From: Squalus acanthias
Taxonomy: Eukaryota
NCBI GenBank assembly: GCA_030390025.1
Contig: CM059430.1
Span: 62,496,001 to 62,560,000, forward strand
DNA length: 64,000 nucleotides
Direction of reading: 5' to 3'
A program made the position numbers and the translations under genes. Shown piece by piece: positions 36,691-50,182 of the stretch. How positions within the stretch are numbered: position 1 is the stretch's first letter; the number at the start of each line of letters is the position of its first letter. Under the pieces are notes generated by a model that was given only the letters and a program-made list of their open reading frames with translations, was not told where the DNA came from and did not search any database.

Positions 36691-37713
36691 CTTCTCTACC
36701 TCTGCTACGTTCCCCTTACCTGGCTTACTGATAGTCTCATTCTCCATTTTCTGATGTGTCACTGTACTCTGGGGTAAATTATCGAGCAATTTCTCCTCCT
36801 CCCTTATGTGTCAGAATGTCTCTAACTCTGACTCCAGCTCAATGACTCTGAGCCAGAGGATCTCGAAACAGACACATTTCTAGCAGATGTGGTAGTGTGG
36901 GACAGCCTCCTTGTCTACAAACTCATTTTGGACAGTCTCCTTGTCCACACACCCCTCTTGGAGATTCTCCTTGTCCAATAACTCATCTTGGACAGTCTCC
37001 TTGTCCACACACCCCTCTTGGAGAGTCTCCTTGTCCACTAACTCATCTTGGGCAGTCTCCTTGTCTACAAACTCCTCTTGGACAGCCTCCTTGTGCACAA
37101 ACTCCTCTTGGACAGCCTCCTTGTCTACAAACTCATCTTGGACAGTCTCCTTGTCCACAAAATCCTCTTGGACAGCCTCCTTGTCCACAAACTCCTCTTG
37201 GACCGTCTCCTTGTCCACAAAATCCTCTTGGACAGCCTCCTTGTCCACAAACTCCTCTTGGACCGTCTCCTTATCCAAAAACTCCTCTTGGACAGTCTCC
37301 TTGTCCACAAATTCCTCTTAGACAGTCTCCTTGTCCACAAACTCCTCTTAGACAGTCTCCTTGTCCACAAACTCATCTTGGACAGTCTCCTTGTCCACAA
37401 ACTCCTCTTGGACATTCTCCTTGTCCACAATCTCCTCTTCGACAGTCTCCTTGTCCACAATCTCCTCTTAGACAGTCTCCTTGTCCACTAACTCCTCTTG
37501 GACATTCTCCTTGTCCACAAGCTCCTCTTGGACAGTCTCCTTGCCCACAAACTCATCTTAGACAGTCTCCTTGTCCACAAACTCCTCTTGGACAACCTCT
37601 TTGTCCACTAACTCCTCTTGGACAGTCTCCTTGTACACAATCTCCTCTTGGGCAGCCTCCTTGTCCACAAATTCCCAAACTCTAAAATCCAGACACAATG
37701 CCTGCGCAGGCAT
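36690..37713 (-). mobile_element. CR1 ORF1 5' region containing the minisatellite
   Basis: ATG at 37713 gives MPAQALCLDFRVWEFVDKE...(repeat)...VPHYHIC*KC..LRVIELESELE, the CR1 ORF1 zinc-finger/leucine-zipper pattern. Confidence 0.7.
36899..37680. repeat. 30-bp minisatellite, ~26 copies
   Basis: Unit GGACAGTCTCCTTGTCCACAAACTCCTCTT. Confidence 0.97.
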
Positions 37714-38472
37714 TTCATAATTAATTATTTAATTAATGTATTGATTTATTTGTTCGTTAACTCGTTTATTTGTTGAACTAATTGATCACTTGAGGCCTTG
37801 ATAATTAAATAGGTGGACGCAGCGTGCTGTTAAATAAATTAATAGTTAGTTACTGTGATTAATTACTTAGCTATTTGTCAGTTATTAGCCTCCTATTGCA
37901 ATAAGATTTCTGTGTGTTCAGATGGTTGCAGCCACTCAAGTGTATTCCAGGAAAGACTACGGGTGGGCGAGCACTTCTTTTACTGTTCTCATCGCAATTA
38001 CTGCTTCCTTCCTTCCATTTCTCAGAGCACCTCTGTTTTAGCAGATGTGCCGAACACGATGTATCTCACAATGCAGCCGCATATTTTAAAATACTCCAAG
38101 TTCACAGTGTCCAACTTTTTTTTTACAAGAGGAAGCATTCATTTGAATTGCAGTCACTCATGAGATAACTTCTGATCGTGGATGTTGAATACAAGTAACT
38201 GTCATGGCCTGGTCTTGCGATTGTTATAACACTGAGGCTATCAACACTCTCCTTTATTCTGGAGTAATCGGACAGCAACTTCCGGAGTCAACACATGTGC
38301 AGTTAAACGCAGAAATCTGGAAGTTGCTTTCGGATTCGTCGTGCTTCTCCACATGCTGTGCTACCCCAGTTACTCTCTGATAGATATTGCATTAAAACAC
38401 ACGAAGTGCGTGAAGTTGTGGTTCCTACCCTGTGAAGGAATAAGCCATATAACCTATTCAGAAAAATACAAT

Positions 38473-39216
38473 GGGCCGAAAATTGATCCCGGGACGCGAG
38501 AGTACGCACTGCGTACTCTCGCGTATTCCCACTCCAATTGCCGGTTTTCTGCATGCCCTGCGCATGCGCTGAAAACCGGCAATTGCTCTTCTGAAAAGGG
38601 GGCGGGGCCTGGTTCCATCGCGTGCGCGCTACAGGCTGCGCGCACGCTGTGCACTTCATGCTTTGGACGCGCAGGTAAGTAGGGAAGATTTTGGAAATGT
38701 AAAAAGGAGGAGTAAGACCCGCTTTTAAGAAGGTAAGTAGTGAATTAAGTATTTTTTTGAATTTTTTTTTACAGGTATATCTTTTTTATAGACTTTAAAG
38801 ACAGGTAAGTTTATTTTTATAACTTTTTAAAAGATTTTAAATTTTTTCAAAAATTAAATTTTTTATTTAAAATGGTTAATTTAATTAACTATACTTATTT
38901 TATTAATGTGATGGTTTTTTTTAAAAATTTAATTGAGGTTTAGCTGTTATTTTGGGGGGGTGTAAGATTCATAGATTTCACAGCCATGCTGTGAGACTTA
39001 TGAATGGAAGATGGTGTGCTGCCATTGGCTCTAACTGAGTCACGTGATCCCACAGCTCGCACGAATTCACTACGCCGCTGGGATACGCAAGCCCAGCACA
39101 GCTGATGTCTGGAACATCAAGTTCGTGCGAGCTGGATCTGAAAAAGCATAAGCGAGGTGAGACATCGCGGGGAATGCTTACCCCCGCGGGAACAGAGCGA
39201 GATCAATTTCTGGGCC
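38473..39216. mobile_element. Harbinger-like MITE
   Basis: TIRs GGGCCGAAAATTGATC / GATCAATTTCTGGGCC; it is an inverted homolog of 8483-9229. Confidence 0.8.
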
Positions 39217-39222
39217 ACTATC

Positions 39223-40086
39223 TTATGAAAGAATTCTGGCCTTATTAAAACAGGACAAACTGGGTTTGGAAATTTAGAAAATTAACTATGAAATAGCTCT
39301 GAAAGCATTCTGACTATTGAGATAAGACAGTTGTTGACCCTGAATAAATAACCTGATTGAAACAGAAGCTGAAGGGCTCCGACAGGGTGATCATTGCGAA
39401 CAAAAACAATGGTTCACCATGGATAAGGTGTTCTAATTTACACTTCGTAAAGAAGCACAAAAAGTAAGGAACATCTGCCCTCGTAAAGATGACATAAAGT
39501 AAGGAACACCTGTCGTCACACCGTTTTTTATATGATAAACTTAGAACACCTGGAGATGAGACATGATTCTGGTTGAGGTGGCTGTAAGAGTTGCAGTGGT
39601 CGGCAGAAAAATGACTAGAGATAATTAACTTGCATAAGCAGAAAACCTTAAAGGAAATACCACTGGAAAAAGGTGCAAACATTGAACTCTCAAATGGGAT
39701 AACAGACTCACTTTAATCGAGCAAAGTGATTCTCAGCTTCAGAGGCGGCCCTGTAAATCTCCAACTCTTTATACCTCGGGAATCAAAGGTGTTTGATTTT
39801 AGTGTAAAGCCTGTAGAACACTGAGAACTGTAATACTGTAGCGAAGTTAAGATTTAAAAGTAAGATTCTCTGTTAATAAAAAGATTGTAAGTTTTCTCTT
39901 TTTAGAACTGTTAATGTTGCGATTGACTCACCAACTGTAAATTACATGTCGGTTCTTTAATAAATCTATATATTTTTAGAATTGTCTCACATAAGACTTC
40001 TGTATCAAAAACTCGTGAACTCAATCTCTGTACACTCTTTGGTGAGGAGTTGCAGAATTCTGAGGGAGTTTTCCAGACCCTCATAA
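39223..40086 (+). mobile_element. Putative solo LTR
   Basis: Inverted ends TTATGA...TCATAA flanked by a TATC direct repeat, internal TAAGGAACA(T/C)CTG repeats, and AATAAA near the 3' end. Confidence 0.55.
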
Positions 40087-42879
40087 TATCCGGAATGTTA
40101 CAGTCTAGCTAAACTTTTTAAAAGTGCTATCTGGAGGACGGTAACATTCTCAGGTTGTTCTTTTCCATTAGGGAGAGATAGTCCGGACCTTTAGACCCAA
40201 TTAAGCGTCTTTAGGATTCGGCTACCTCAAACTTTAGTTGAAAGTGAACGTCTTGAGAAATACGTCTGATCTGGGGTAGCCCTGAAGGGGCTAGGACTAA
40301 TAATTATCCCTTCAACCCATTACTTACCCACTAAACACGGCAGAAAAGTGAGGGCTGGTGCATGCAGGTGTAAGAGAATTTTTAACGGCGCAATAAATTG
40401 TAATTACTGCCAAACAACCTCTCTGGCCCTGAAAATATAATTTTACAGGGGGTGGAGTCTAAATCCTTCATAATTTAATTACTATTGAAGATTTAAAAAT
40501 GTATATATATTTCTTATTCTTTCCATCTCATTTATCTCTCTTAACCTCATCCTTATTTCCCTCTCTTTATTCCACTTGGTGTGAATGATTTTATGGAGAT
40601 AAAGGCGAGCTATAGTAACAGCCTATATTCATTGTATTTTCACCTCTGTATCCAGAACCTACATAGCAGAATGTAGATAGATACTTATTAATGTTATAAA
40701 TACACTTTAGTCACCTGATTTCTAATTTACCGTCTTTTTCGGAACTCTTTTCAACCTTAATGGTGAGTTACACCACAGCACTTGCACCTTCGTTTCTCAT
40801 ATGTAATAACAACCGTTCATCCACATACTCAATATTTGGACCAAGTGCACTCAGCACTGACAGAAACACGAGAGACTTGATCAGTTCCATGACGTTAACG
40901 AATTCTCAGACTGTCGCTTTTAATGACTATGGGAATTTAAAACTCCACCTTTGTGGTAGGAAATGCCAACACACGCTATCTCGATGATTGCGTCGCTGTA
41001 TAACACTTACATCTGATGTGCTTAAATTAGGTTCTTATTTTTAAAAAGCAACAGATAATGGCTAAGCTGAAGAACGCGCAAATCAAACGTGCAGAAGGAA
41101 GGTAGAAACAGGAACAATGAGGTATTACTAAGAACATATTAAAACAATAATGCATGCTCAGTGTGCAAAATATAGACATTAATTATAGAAGAACAAACCA
41201 CATTATTCGACATTTTCAAAATGCTTTGTTTTTCTTTTCACCATTAAGCTGAGGCTTACAACTGGAAACAAGGCATGTAACATCATATTTACAAAATATA
41301 CAAGAAAATATTTGACCGAATTGACACAATAGAATTTTCTGTGTTTTCCTCAGATTTTGGGAAGGTTTTCGGATGGAACCTTGCACCTTTCTGAAAGCCC
41401 GAGTTTGCAGTGTAAGGGCTTTCCAGCGACAGCTCATTGTCAGCGGAAAACTAGCCCAAAAAGGCAGGAACCGACAGCTCCCAACATGCACCACTGTGAC
41501 TTCCGGTAATAATCTGTGCAGAGAGTTGCGAGCATGCACTTACTGCTGCTCCTTTCCGATGTCAGTGAACACAACCCTTCTCAGAAGACGCCAGATCTTA
41601 TATTTCTTAAAAACATCACCCCTTGCCACCCACATGTCCATCAACGGAAGTGGTAATGCAGAGCGATCATGGCAACAGAAATGTAAATAAGGCTTTCTTT
41701 GTCTCATTGAATACTACAGATATTAAATGCACGTATTTAATGATTTATATAACTGTGTTATTTGAGTGAAACAAAGTGATTGATGTATATCCCCTGCATT
41801 GATCCTGACAGTAAACGTAGAAAATATGCTTGGCCAGTTCCTGCTGGCAGGGGTCACAGAACGCAATGGGCCAGTTTGGAACCAATTCTCACTGTCACTG
41901 AGAGAACCCACGGGATAGCTGGCGGGGGAGTGAAACAAATCTGTGTGAAGGATTTCTGACTATGTGTCCTTCTTGAAAAATAGCTTGGGATCTTTTGCTT
42001 CTACCTAAATAGGTAGATGGGTCCTTACATAGAATTACATAGCATATACAGCACACAAACAGGCCATTCGGCCCAACCAGTCCATGCGGCGTTTTTGCAC
42101 CACTCAAGCCTCCTCTCATTTTACCCCTCTAACTCTAACAGCATAACCCTCTATTCCCTTCTCCCTCATAAATTAATCTAGCCGCCCCTTAAATGCTGCT
42201 ATATTCAGTTAATCTTAAAGGTGGCAGTTCATTGAAGGCAGAATTCCATTACTACCATATATTATGTTAGTGCACTTTTTCTGTCAACTTTACCATTTCT
42301 ACTGTAAGTTTTTTACGCGCTCCTCACATTAGAGGCATTGCAGTGCCGCTTCTGGCAGTGGGTGCAATTGCAGGCTAACGGTTCAGCAGGAAATTTTATA
42401 GAAATGAATATGGGAATTTACAGGACAGAATGTATATGAATTTAAAAGGAGCAAGAGCTACGTCTGCATGCACTGGTCCAAATATCAACCAGCCTGTAAC
42501 CCTGCTTCACCTGATGATGAAACTCCAATTTGATTCGCCATGCCCAGCACTATGGGAGATAGACAGCATTTTATAAAATTTAACTTAACTTTTAATAAAA
42601 TAAGTGATACAGTCTTACACAATAAAAGCAGAGCCAGTGGCATATGATAACATGAGCTCCAACAGGATACTAAGCATTTGTGCTGAGGGTTGCATCATTT
42701 TGTGGAATATTTCAGCACTTCCTGTTGCTGGTCAGTACTTATCCTACATATAAAACGGACGAGTCCGTGAATTTAAGTTACATTTTCCTTTTGATTTTGC
42801 GATGCCTGTTGGGAAGTTTTCTTCTATTTTAAAGCCGTTATAAAATACAGTTTCTTCTTTTTGTTGGATCCTTTTGATC

Positions 42880-45790
42880 CTCGTCCCTTGAACTTGTCCA
42901 ACAGGTACGAGGTACTTGCTACCTGTATGGATGAGGAAAAGGACTGCACGGAGAATGGGCAAACTGACCTTGTCACCGTGGTACAAGAGGCCTTCCAAGT
43001 GGGGGGAGAAGAGAAGAATGTGGTAGTAGTAGGGGGACTGTATAGTCGGGGGGGGGGGGGATAGATACTGTTCTCTGCAGCTGTGAAAAGGAGGGTGTGG
43101 GGTGTTAGCGCTGATAATAAAGGATGACATAAGGACATTAGAGAGAAAGGAACTCGGCTCGGAAGATCAAAAAGTAGAATCAGTATGGGTGCCGATAAAG
43201 TGTAACAAGGGCAGAAAACACTTGTGAGCATATTAGCTATACCGTTGGCCAGAATATTAATCAAGAAATAGTAGGCACTTGTAACAAAGGTATGCAATAA
43301 TCGTGGGGGACTTTAATCTTCACATAGACTGGACAAATAAAATTGGCAAAGTTAGTCTGGAGGATGAGTTCATGGAATGCATTCGGGACAGTTTCCCAGA
43401 ACAATACATCATGGAACCAACTAGGGAACAGGCTATTTCAGATTTTGTGTTGTGTAATGAGACAGGGTTAATAAGCAATCTCATAGTAAAGGATCCTCTG
43501 GGGCAGAGTGATCATAATATGATAGACTTTCGCATTAATTTGAGAGTGACTAGCCTAAGTCTGAAACAAGAGTCTTAAACTTAAATTATGCCAATTATAT
43601 AGGTATGAGGAGAGTGTTGGTTAAGGTAGATTCGAATAATAGATTAAAAGGTATGGCCGTAGATAAGCAGTGGCCACTTTTAAAGAAATATTTCATAATT
43701 CTCGACAAAAATATATTCCATTGAGAAACACAAACTGCGCGGGAAAAGTGTTCCATCCATGTCTAACAAAAGAAGTTAAGGATAGCATTAGATTGAAAGA
43801 AGAAGCTTATAATGTTCTGAAGATTATTAGTAAGCCTGAGGATTGGGAGAGTTTCAGAAACCAGCATAAGATGAATAAAATTTTGATAAAAATGGGAACA
43901 ATAGAATTTGAGAGAAAATTTGCAAGAAATATAAAAACAGATAGTAAGAGCTTCTACAAGTATTTAAAAAGGAAGGGAGTAGCAAAAGTAGACGTTGGCC
44001 CCTTAGAGGCTGAGACAGGAGAAATTATTATATAAGGAAATGGCAGAAACGTTAAACAAATATTTTGTATCTGTCTTCACAGTAGAAGATGCAAAAAGCA
44101 TACCAAATATGGTGGGGTATCAAGGGTAGAATGAAGATGAGGAACTTAACATAATTAATATAAGTAGAGAAAAAGTACTCGAGAAACTAATGGGACTAAA
44201 AGCCGAAAAATCCCATGGTCCTGACGGACTACAGCTAGGGTTCTAAAAAAGGTGGCTGTGAGATAGTGGATGCATTGGTTTTGATCTTCCAAAATTCTCT
44301 CGAGTCTAGAATGGTTCCAGTGGACTGGAAGGTAGCAAATGTAACACCACAATTCAAGAAAGTGGGAGAGAGAAAACAGGGAACTTTAGGCCAGTTAGCC
44401 AGACATTAGTCGTCGGGAAAATGCTGGACTCCATTGTTAAGGAAGTGGTATCAGGGCACTTTGAAAATCATAACATGATTAGGCAGAGTCAACATGGTTT
44501 TATGAAAGGAAAATCGTGTTTCACAAATTTATTAGAGTTTTTTGCGGATGTAACTAGCAGGGTAGACAAAAGGGGAACGAATGGATGTAGTATATTTGGA
44601 TTTCCAAAAGGTATTCGATAAGGTGACACATAAAATGTTATTACACAAGATAAGGGCTCATGGGATTTGGGGTAATATAGTAGCATGGTTAGAGGTCTGG
44701 TTAACGGACTGAAAGCAGAGAGTAGGGATAAACGTGTCTTTTTAAGGTTGACAGGCTGTAACTACTGTGGTGCCGCAAGGATCAGTGCTGGGGCCTGAGA
44801 CATTTACAATCTATATGAATGACCTAGATGAAGGGACCGAGTGTAATGGATCCAAGCTTGCTGACGATCCAAAGCTAGGTGGGACAGTAAGCTGTGAGAA
44901 GACAAACAGTATGCAAAGGGATATAGATAGACTAAATGAGTGGGCAGTAAGGTGGCAGATGGAGTATAATGTAGGGAAATGGGAGGTTATTCACTTTGGT
45001 GGGAAGAAAAGAAAAACATAATATTTTTTAAACGTGAGAAACATATATATGTTGGTGTTCAGAGAAATTTGTGTGACCTCGTGCAAAAAATACAGAAAGC
45101 TAACATGCAGGTACAGGAAGCAATATGGAAGGCAAATAGCATTTTGGCCTTTGTTACAAGTGGGTTGGTGCATAAGAGGAAGAAAATCTTGCGAAAATTG
45201 TATAGGGCCTTGGTGAGACCACACTTGGAATACTGTGCACAATTTTGGTTCCTTTATCTAAGGAAGGGTATGCTTGCCTTGGAGGCGGTTCAATGAAGGT
45301 TCACTAGATTGATTCCTGGGATGAGAGTGCTGTCCTATGATGAGAGATTGTGTAGAATGGGCCTATAAACTCTCTGGAGTTTAGAAGAATGAGAGGTGAT
45401 CTCATTGAAACATACAAGATTCTGAAGGGGATTGACAGGGTAGATGCTGAGAGGTTGTTTCCCTTGGCTGGAGCATGTAGAACTAGGGGGCATAGTCTCA
45501 GGATAAGAGGTAGGCCACTTAAGACCGAGATGAGGAGAAATTTCTTCACTCAAAGGGTTGTGAATCTTTGGAATTCTCTGCCGCATAGGACTGCGGTTGC
45601 TGAGTCTTTGACCATATTTAAGGCTCAGGTAGATAGATTTTTGGACTTCATGGGAAGCACGTGATATGGAGATCGGGCTGGAAAGTGGAGTTGTGTTCAG
45701 TGATCAGCCATGATCTTATTGAATGGCGGAGCAGGCTCGAGGGGCCGTATGGCCTACTCCTGCTCCTATTTCTTATATTATTGTGTTCTT
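42880..45790 (+). mobile_element. Near full-length degraded CR1 LINE
   Basis: ORF1 remnant LSNRYEVL; EN motifs GDFN, EPTREQA and SDHN; RT motifs VPQGSVLGP and LADD; FFTQRVVNLWNSLP; 3' tail. Confidence 0.93.
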
Positions 45791-46849
45791 ATGTTGTGGT
45801 TTCGAATGGAAACATTCGCTACTCTCCGCACTTCACCGCAAACATCAGATGAACTTAAGGGTGTGTGATTGTATAAATCAATCAAACATTTTAGGTACTA
45901 ATTTTTGGCGTACTGTACTACGCAGAAATCCTTACCAACATTTTCTAAGTGCGGCGTCCGTGGACACCTGCAATATGAGAACGCTTTAGGATACCCTTCA
46001 AATAACGGTGAAGGCTCCCATACACTCGAATGAGAAGAATATTACCCTTCACTTTGCGTAACATATTTTTGGCCATTGAGCTCTTGACCTGGAAGCTCAC
46101 TAAACGCACGTTATTTTAATCTAGCTAATATATCCGCTATCAAACCAATTTGCACAGTTAAATCGTGGCTATCAACATTTTCCTCTAAACATTTTAGGCC
46201 GGCGGCGCTGACAGCAGGAAATTGCATTTGCAAAGAAGCCCTGACCTCAAACACACATCGGCAGCTCTCTGAAGGAATCATCAAAGCTCTATTTCCTAAA
46301 TATTCAATAAGGTTATTTTAAGGTGAAAATAAACCCCATCGTTATCATTGACGGTTCTGATTGAGGTCACTGTGTTCGGAATAGCATCAGGTCTCCCGAG
46401 ATATAACACATCACAATGAATGCGATCTACCCAGTATCACGTGAAATGTGCAGCAATGCGTGGAATTATAGTAGATCAATCTCTATACACGCAACTGCTG
46501 TGTTAATCAGTTACTTCTGACCTTCAGAGTTTATCATAAAATATTGCTACTGTTATTTAAGAACTAATTATTAACAATTTATAAATGTTCCCAGTTTGAT
46601 CGGCTTTGACATCGGCAGTCTATTGTGTGACGTTAACAGCAGCGGACAGACGAAGGGAAGTGGAAGAATATTTGCCTCACCAGATTCACTACAAGGAATG
46701 TACACTTTCGACTACTTCATCTGGTAGAAACCAACACTGGCTCAGCGATCGGTGGTAAATTCTCTATTTGGAATTTCGCATATTATTTTTCCTCAGCTTT
46801 TGTTGACCGTGACAGAGGTGATTCCAATGGCTGCCTTAGAGCAGAACGG

Positions 46850-47011
46850 TCATCAAATTTCACTTCACAAACGAACCCTATTTTTAACCAACAGACACAG
46901 GATGTCAAACGTCATGATGAAACATTTCGGTTTAAATAAAGAGCAAACCCTTCCTGCAGTCGCAAGCAGACGGTCGGTGCAGTGAGTGATCAGTTGAATC
47001 TTTTGCTCGGA
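46850..47011 (+). promoter_or_regulatory. Candidate proximal promoter of gene B
   Basis: It has the same conserved blocks as upstream of gene A, including an AT-rich TAAATAAA about 75 bp before the ATG. Confidence 0.5.
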
Positions 47012-47072
47012 ATGTTTTCGACTGTGATGTTTATTTTCCTGTTCCTGTCTCTCCCGGGGATCATTTGCATAG
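47012..47072 (+). CDS. Gene B exon 1, signal peptide
   Basis: Translates as MFSTVMFIFLFLSLPGIICI with a phase-1 donor G|gtccct (weak donor). Confidence 0.8.
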
Positions 47073-47227
47073 GTCCCTGTTTATTCTCAAATCGAGCTGT
47101 CTCGATAAATATAATTAGTCGGTCTGTATTCTTTTAACGCTTTTTAATTTCCATGTAGAAATGCATTTTAAAGTGTTTAGTTCCGCATAGAATACACTTA
47201 AGCAACTTTGAATATATTTTCTAACAG

Positions 47228-47548
47228 CTGCTGCGTTCTCTTCGATCAGCGTGTCTCAAAAACCCAGAAAAGTAACTGAATTAAGGGGGACAAACATCAC
47301 CTTCCAGTGCTTAGTCCCCGAGTCCATTCGCAATTCAGGGATAGAATTGCGTTGGAGGAAAGAGGGTGAGAATGAATATCTGCAAAGAGGAGCAGATAGC
47401 AGAAAAAGATTTACTCTGAAAGATAATGGATACTGTTTTTTTGAGTTACTGAACGTGGCTTTTCGGGACTCTGGAATTTATCACTGCGCAGTGATCCATC
47501 AGGGAAGAATTATTGGAAAAGGCACAGGATCACATCTAACTGTGAACG
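47228..47548 (+). CDS. Gene B exon 2, intact V-set Ig domain with germline J-like segment
   Basis: ctaacag|...VSQKPRKVTELRGTNITFQCLVP...LRWRKEG...DSGIYHCAVIHQGRIIGKGTGSHLTVN|gtaagt. It is 321 nt, phase 1-1, with canonical C, W, D-x-G-x-Y-x-C and GxGT. Confidence 0.93.
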
Positions 47549-48035
47549 GTAAGTGACCGGAGTGAGCGGGAACGTCCAAATGTATCAAATGTAACAAGGA
47601 TGATGTTTTGTCATTGTTTTATTGCACCGTCTTTGATATTATAAAACAATATATTAATACATTTACAGTGAAACTCTGCACACAGCTACTAATTATGCGG
47701 CATAATATGACGCTTCATTTGCTGAGTTGTGTAAAATTCCAGCAATATTAACCAGATTAAGTAACATGTTACTCGATTCATCTCAAAACGTAATTTTTAC
47801 ATCCGACTTCTGAAGATGGAAGTTGCGGAACAAATTCCACATATATTGATGACTGGCTGAAAATATTTTCTATTAATGCACCACTCCCGCCATAAATACG
47901 GCTCTCTTGCGGAGACAGACAGACAGACCCAGAGTTACAAACAAACAGAGAGCGACTGAGGATACCATTGTTCTTCCATATCTTATGTTTAATATCGCCC
48001 AAGTAACTTGATTTTCTCCATTCTCTTTTTCGCAG

Positions 48036-48346
48036 CTGCCCCAACTCCATTGAAAATTTCCCCTGGGACACCGAGAGCAATTCATCTGCGATTCTGACTC
48101 TTGTGTGTGAAACGGCTGAGTTTTACCCGGGCGATTTAACCCCCGTTTGGTATAAATATGGCGTCGAAACCGCAACTGGGATAAATTACACTAAACGGCA
48201 GAACACTGAGGGACTGTATGAAGTTGCCAGCCCTTTTGAAGAGACGCAGTCTGTGCCGAACGGGGCTGTTTACATCTGCTTGGTATCTCATGCCTCCCTT
48301 CGGACTCCCGCCATTGCCAGCTAAGCAGTTTTCAATTGCGACCCAG
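48036..48346 (+). pseudogene. Gene B exon 3, C1-set domain, frameshift and nonsense
   Basis: The exon is 311 nt (-1 near 48060-48075). It reads LTLVCETAEFYPGDLTPVWYKYG...YICLVSHASL with a premature TAA at 48322-48324, and donor CCAG|gtacga. Confidence 0.9.
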
Positions 48347-50068
48347 GTACGAAGGCATCAGGCCAAGAAGTGAGGTCAGCTACTGTTATATTCTGAAAGG
48401 GTATTTCATAGAATTTGTTTATATTGATAAACATACATTTATTTTGAAAATACGCCCAGGAAACAGCAAAGCAAAGAGAAAATTAATGTTTCAATGTAAA
48501 ATATTGTTGACCCGGACCCGGTGTGAAGCCGAAGTGTTATTATCGCCCTTCACCCAGTAACTGCCTATTAAACCTCATCAGCTTCCAATTGTTAAAACAA
48601 ATACGTGCTGGCTGGTTATCTCTTCTATGCAATTATTTTACATTTCTTGCTTATTACTAAACAATCAAACGTTTGCTTTTGTTAAACTGAATTCATTTTT
48701 TCCCATTTCCTGGTTCCTTACATGAGTTGCAGGACTAGAAGCGACTGTTCGTTTGTCTGGTCTCGAGCATCTCTGAATCCCGCCTCTGATGGGCGATTCA
48801 CGGTGAGGGCTTTTACACCGTCATTGTTACCAAACACCAGCTCATTTCCTGTGTTCCCAGGTCTCGCATTTCAGTTACGAAATCGCCTTCTACCCAAGGG
48901 TGCTGGATAAGCCGAGCAACCAAGAACACACACACTAAAGTTCCATTCTCTTCCCAAATTCCAGTACTCCCACACACGACAACATGATTAATCCGAGATC
49001 TTACCTTCTCCCATTCTGTTCAAGCTTACATCCCCCTCTAACTTTCATGTTCGAGATCCATTCCGTTGGTACCTCCTGGCCCCAGCTCTGCTGACCCCAC
49101 TTCCAGCCACACACATATTCTGTCAAACATTATTTTATATCATATTAATTAATTAATTTATAACAATTATAAACAACAGTTTATCACTTGTATCCGATTA
49201 TATTTCCTCACCTGTTTATTATTAATACTTATTCAATTTATTTCGTTTCAATTTTAAGATCGTTTTATTCCTTACCATTGCCTGCTGTCCTTGTACCAAG
49301 ACTGTTACCAGGAGCTGCAGTCACGCTGCTTGCACTTGGGCTTCTTCCAATGCAGTTCCTGATCCTCATCCCCCTATCGGCTAATTCTACTGTAGAGATC
49401 TGAAATTAACCCCTGGCCAGCTTTTACTCCTCACCCGTCCATGTCATAACGGGTTTAATTGGAATCTGTCTCATAAATCTCATTTAACCTGTGCCCGCAA
49501 CCTGGCGACAGTTCAACCGGTTCGATACGTCATATTGTGAAGAACTCTTTGCCACGAAGGGCAATAATCAATGAACCATTGCCCGTTGATAGCCCTTACT
49601 ATTCAGTGACCTTCTTACTGTAATAAACAAAGGTCAGGTAATTGAAAGGGGATTCTTAACCGATGGCTGCAACCCAGAATTTTGTGCCGGCAACGAAGAA
49701 ACTCTTGTGACGCATTTGCCTCCAATTTCCTCAAACTATATGTTAATAAATAAGAAACGTCAAGAATAAGTCTTTTGGTCATGGGAAATTGATCTCTCTC
49801 GTATTCTAACTCTCTTAAAACAGTGCTGTGAGATCCCGAAACCGGTAGTGCGTTGTGCAGATTAATCCCGAATGTCTGATCCATCCGACGAAGAAGTTAC
49901 TTCAAAGATGATATCTAAAAGAAATAACATTTTGTATTTAATCTTTCTTATTGCCGTTCTATACCGCCGAGTTACTGAAAGAAACATCATAGCTTAACTA
50001 ATAAACTATCTTGAGGCCTATTCTTAGCCAACGCCCGCCATAACTTAATGTTCCTATTAATCTTACAG

Positions 50069-50182
50069 GTAGTGGCGATAATTCACTTTATATCTTGCCT
50101 CCTGGGTGTGCGGTGGCTGGATTGGCGTTTCTGGTGCTAATGATTTTCATTGGGACGCGGTGCCTACTGCAGAAGAATGAAG
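50069..50182 (+). CDS. Gene B exon 4, transmembrane
   Basis: cttacag|GSGDNSLYILPPGCAVAGLAFLVLMIFIGTRCLLQKNE|gtaaga, 114 nt. Confidence 0.88.

Noticed and set aside
36899-37680. CRISPR array or a cornifin/SPRR-like gene
   Set aside because: The units are contiguous with no unique spacers, the DNA is eukaryotic, and the long ORFs are a by-product of a stop-poor repeat inside a CR1.
47228-48346. Rearranging TCR or Ig light chain locus
   Set aside because: No RSS or separate J segments were found, and the C1 exon is followed by an uncharged TM and an ITIM tail.
47228-50182. NKp30 (NCR3) ortholog
   Set aside because: The VJ exon is similar in type, but NKp30 lacks a C1 domain and has a charged TM residue with no ITIM tail. 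No gene symbol was assigned.
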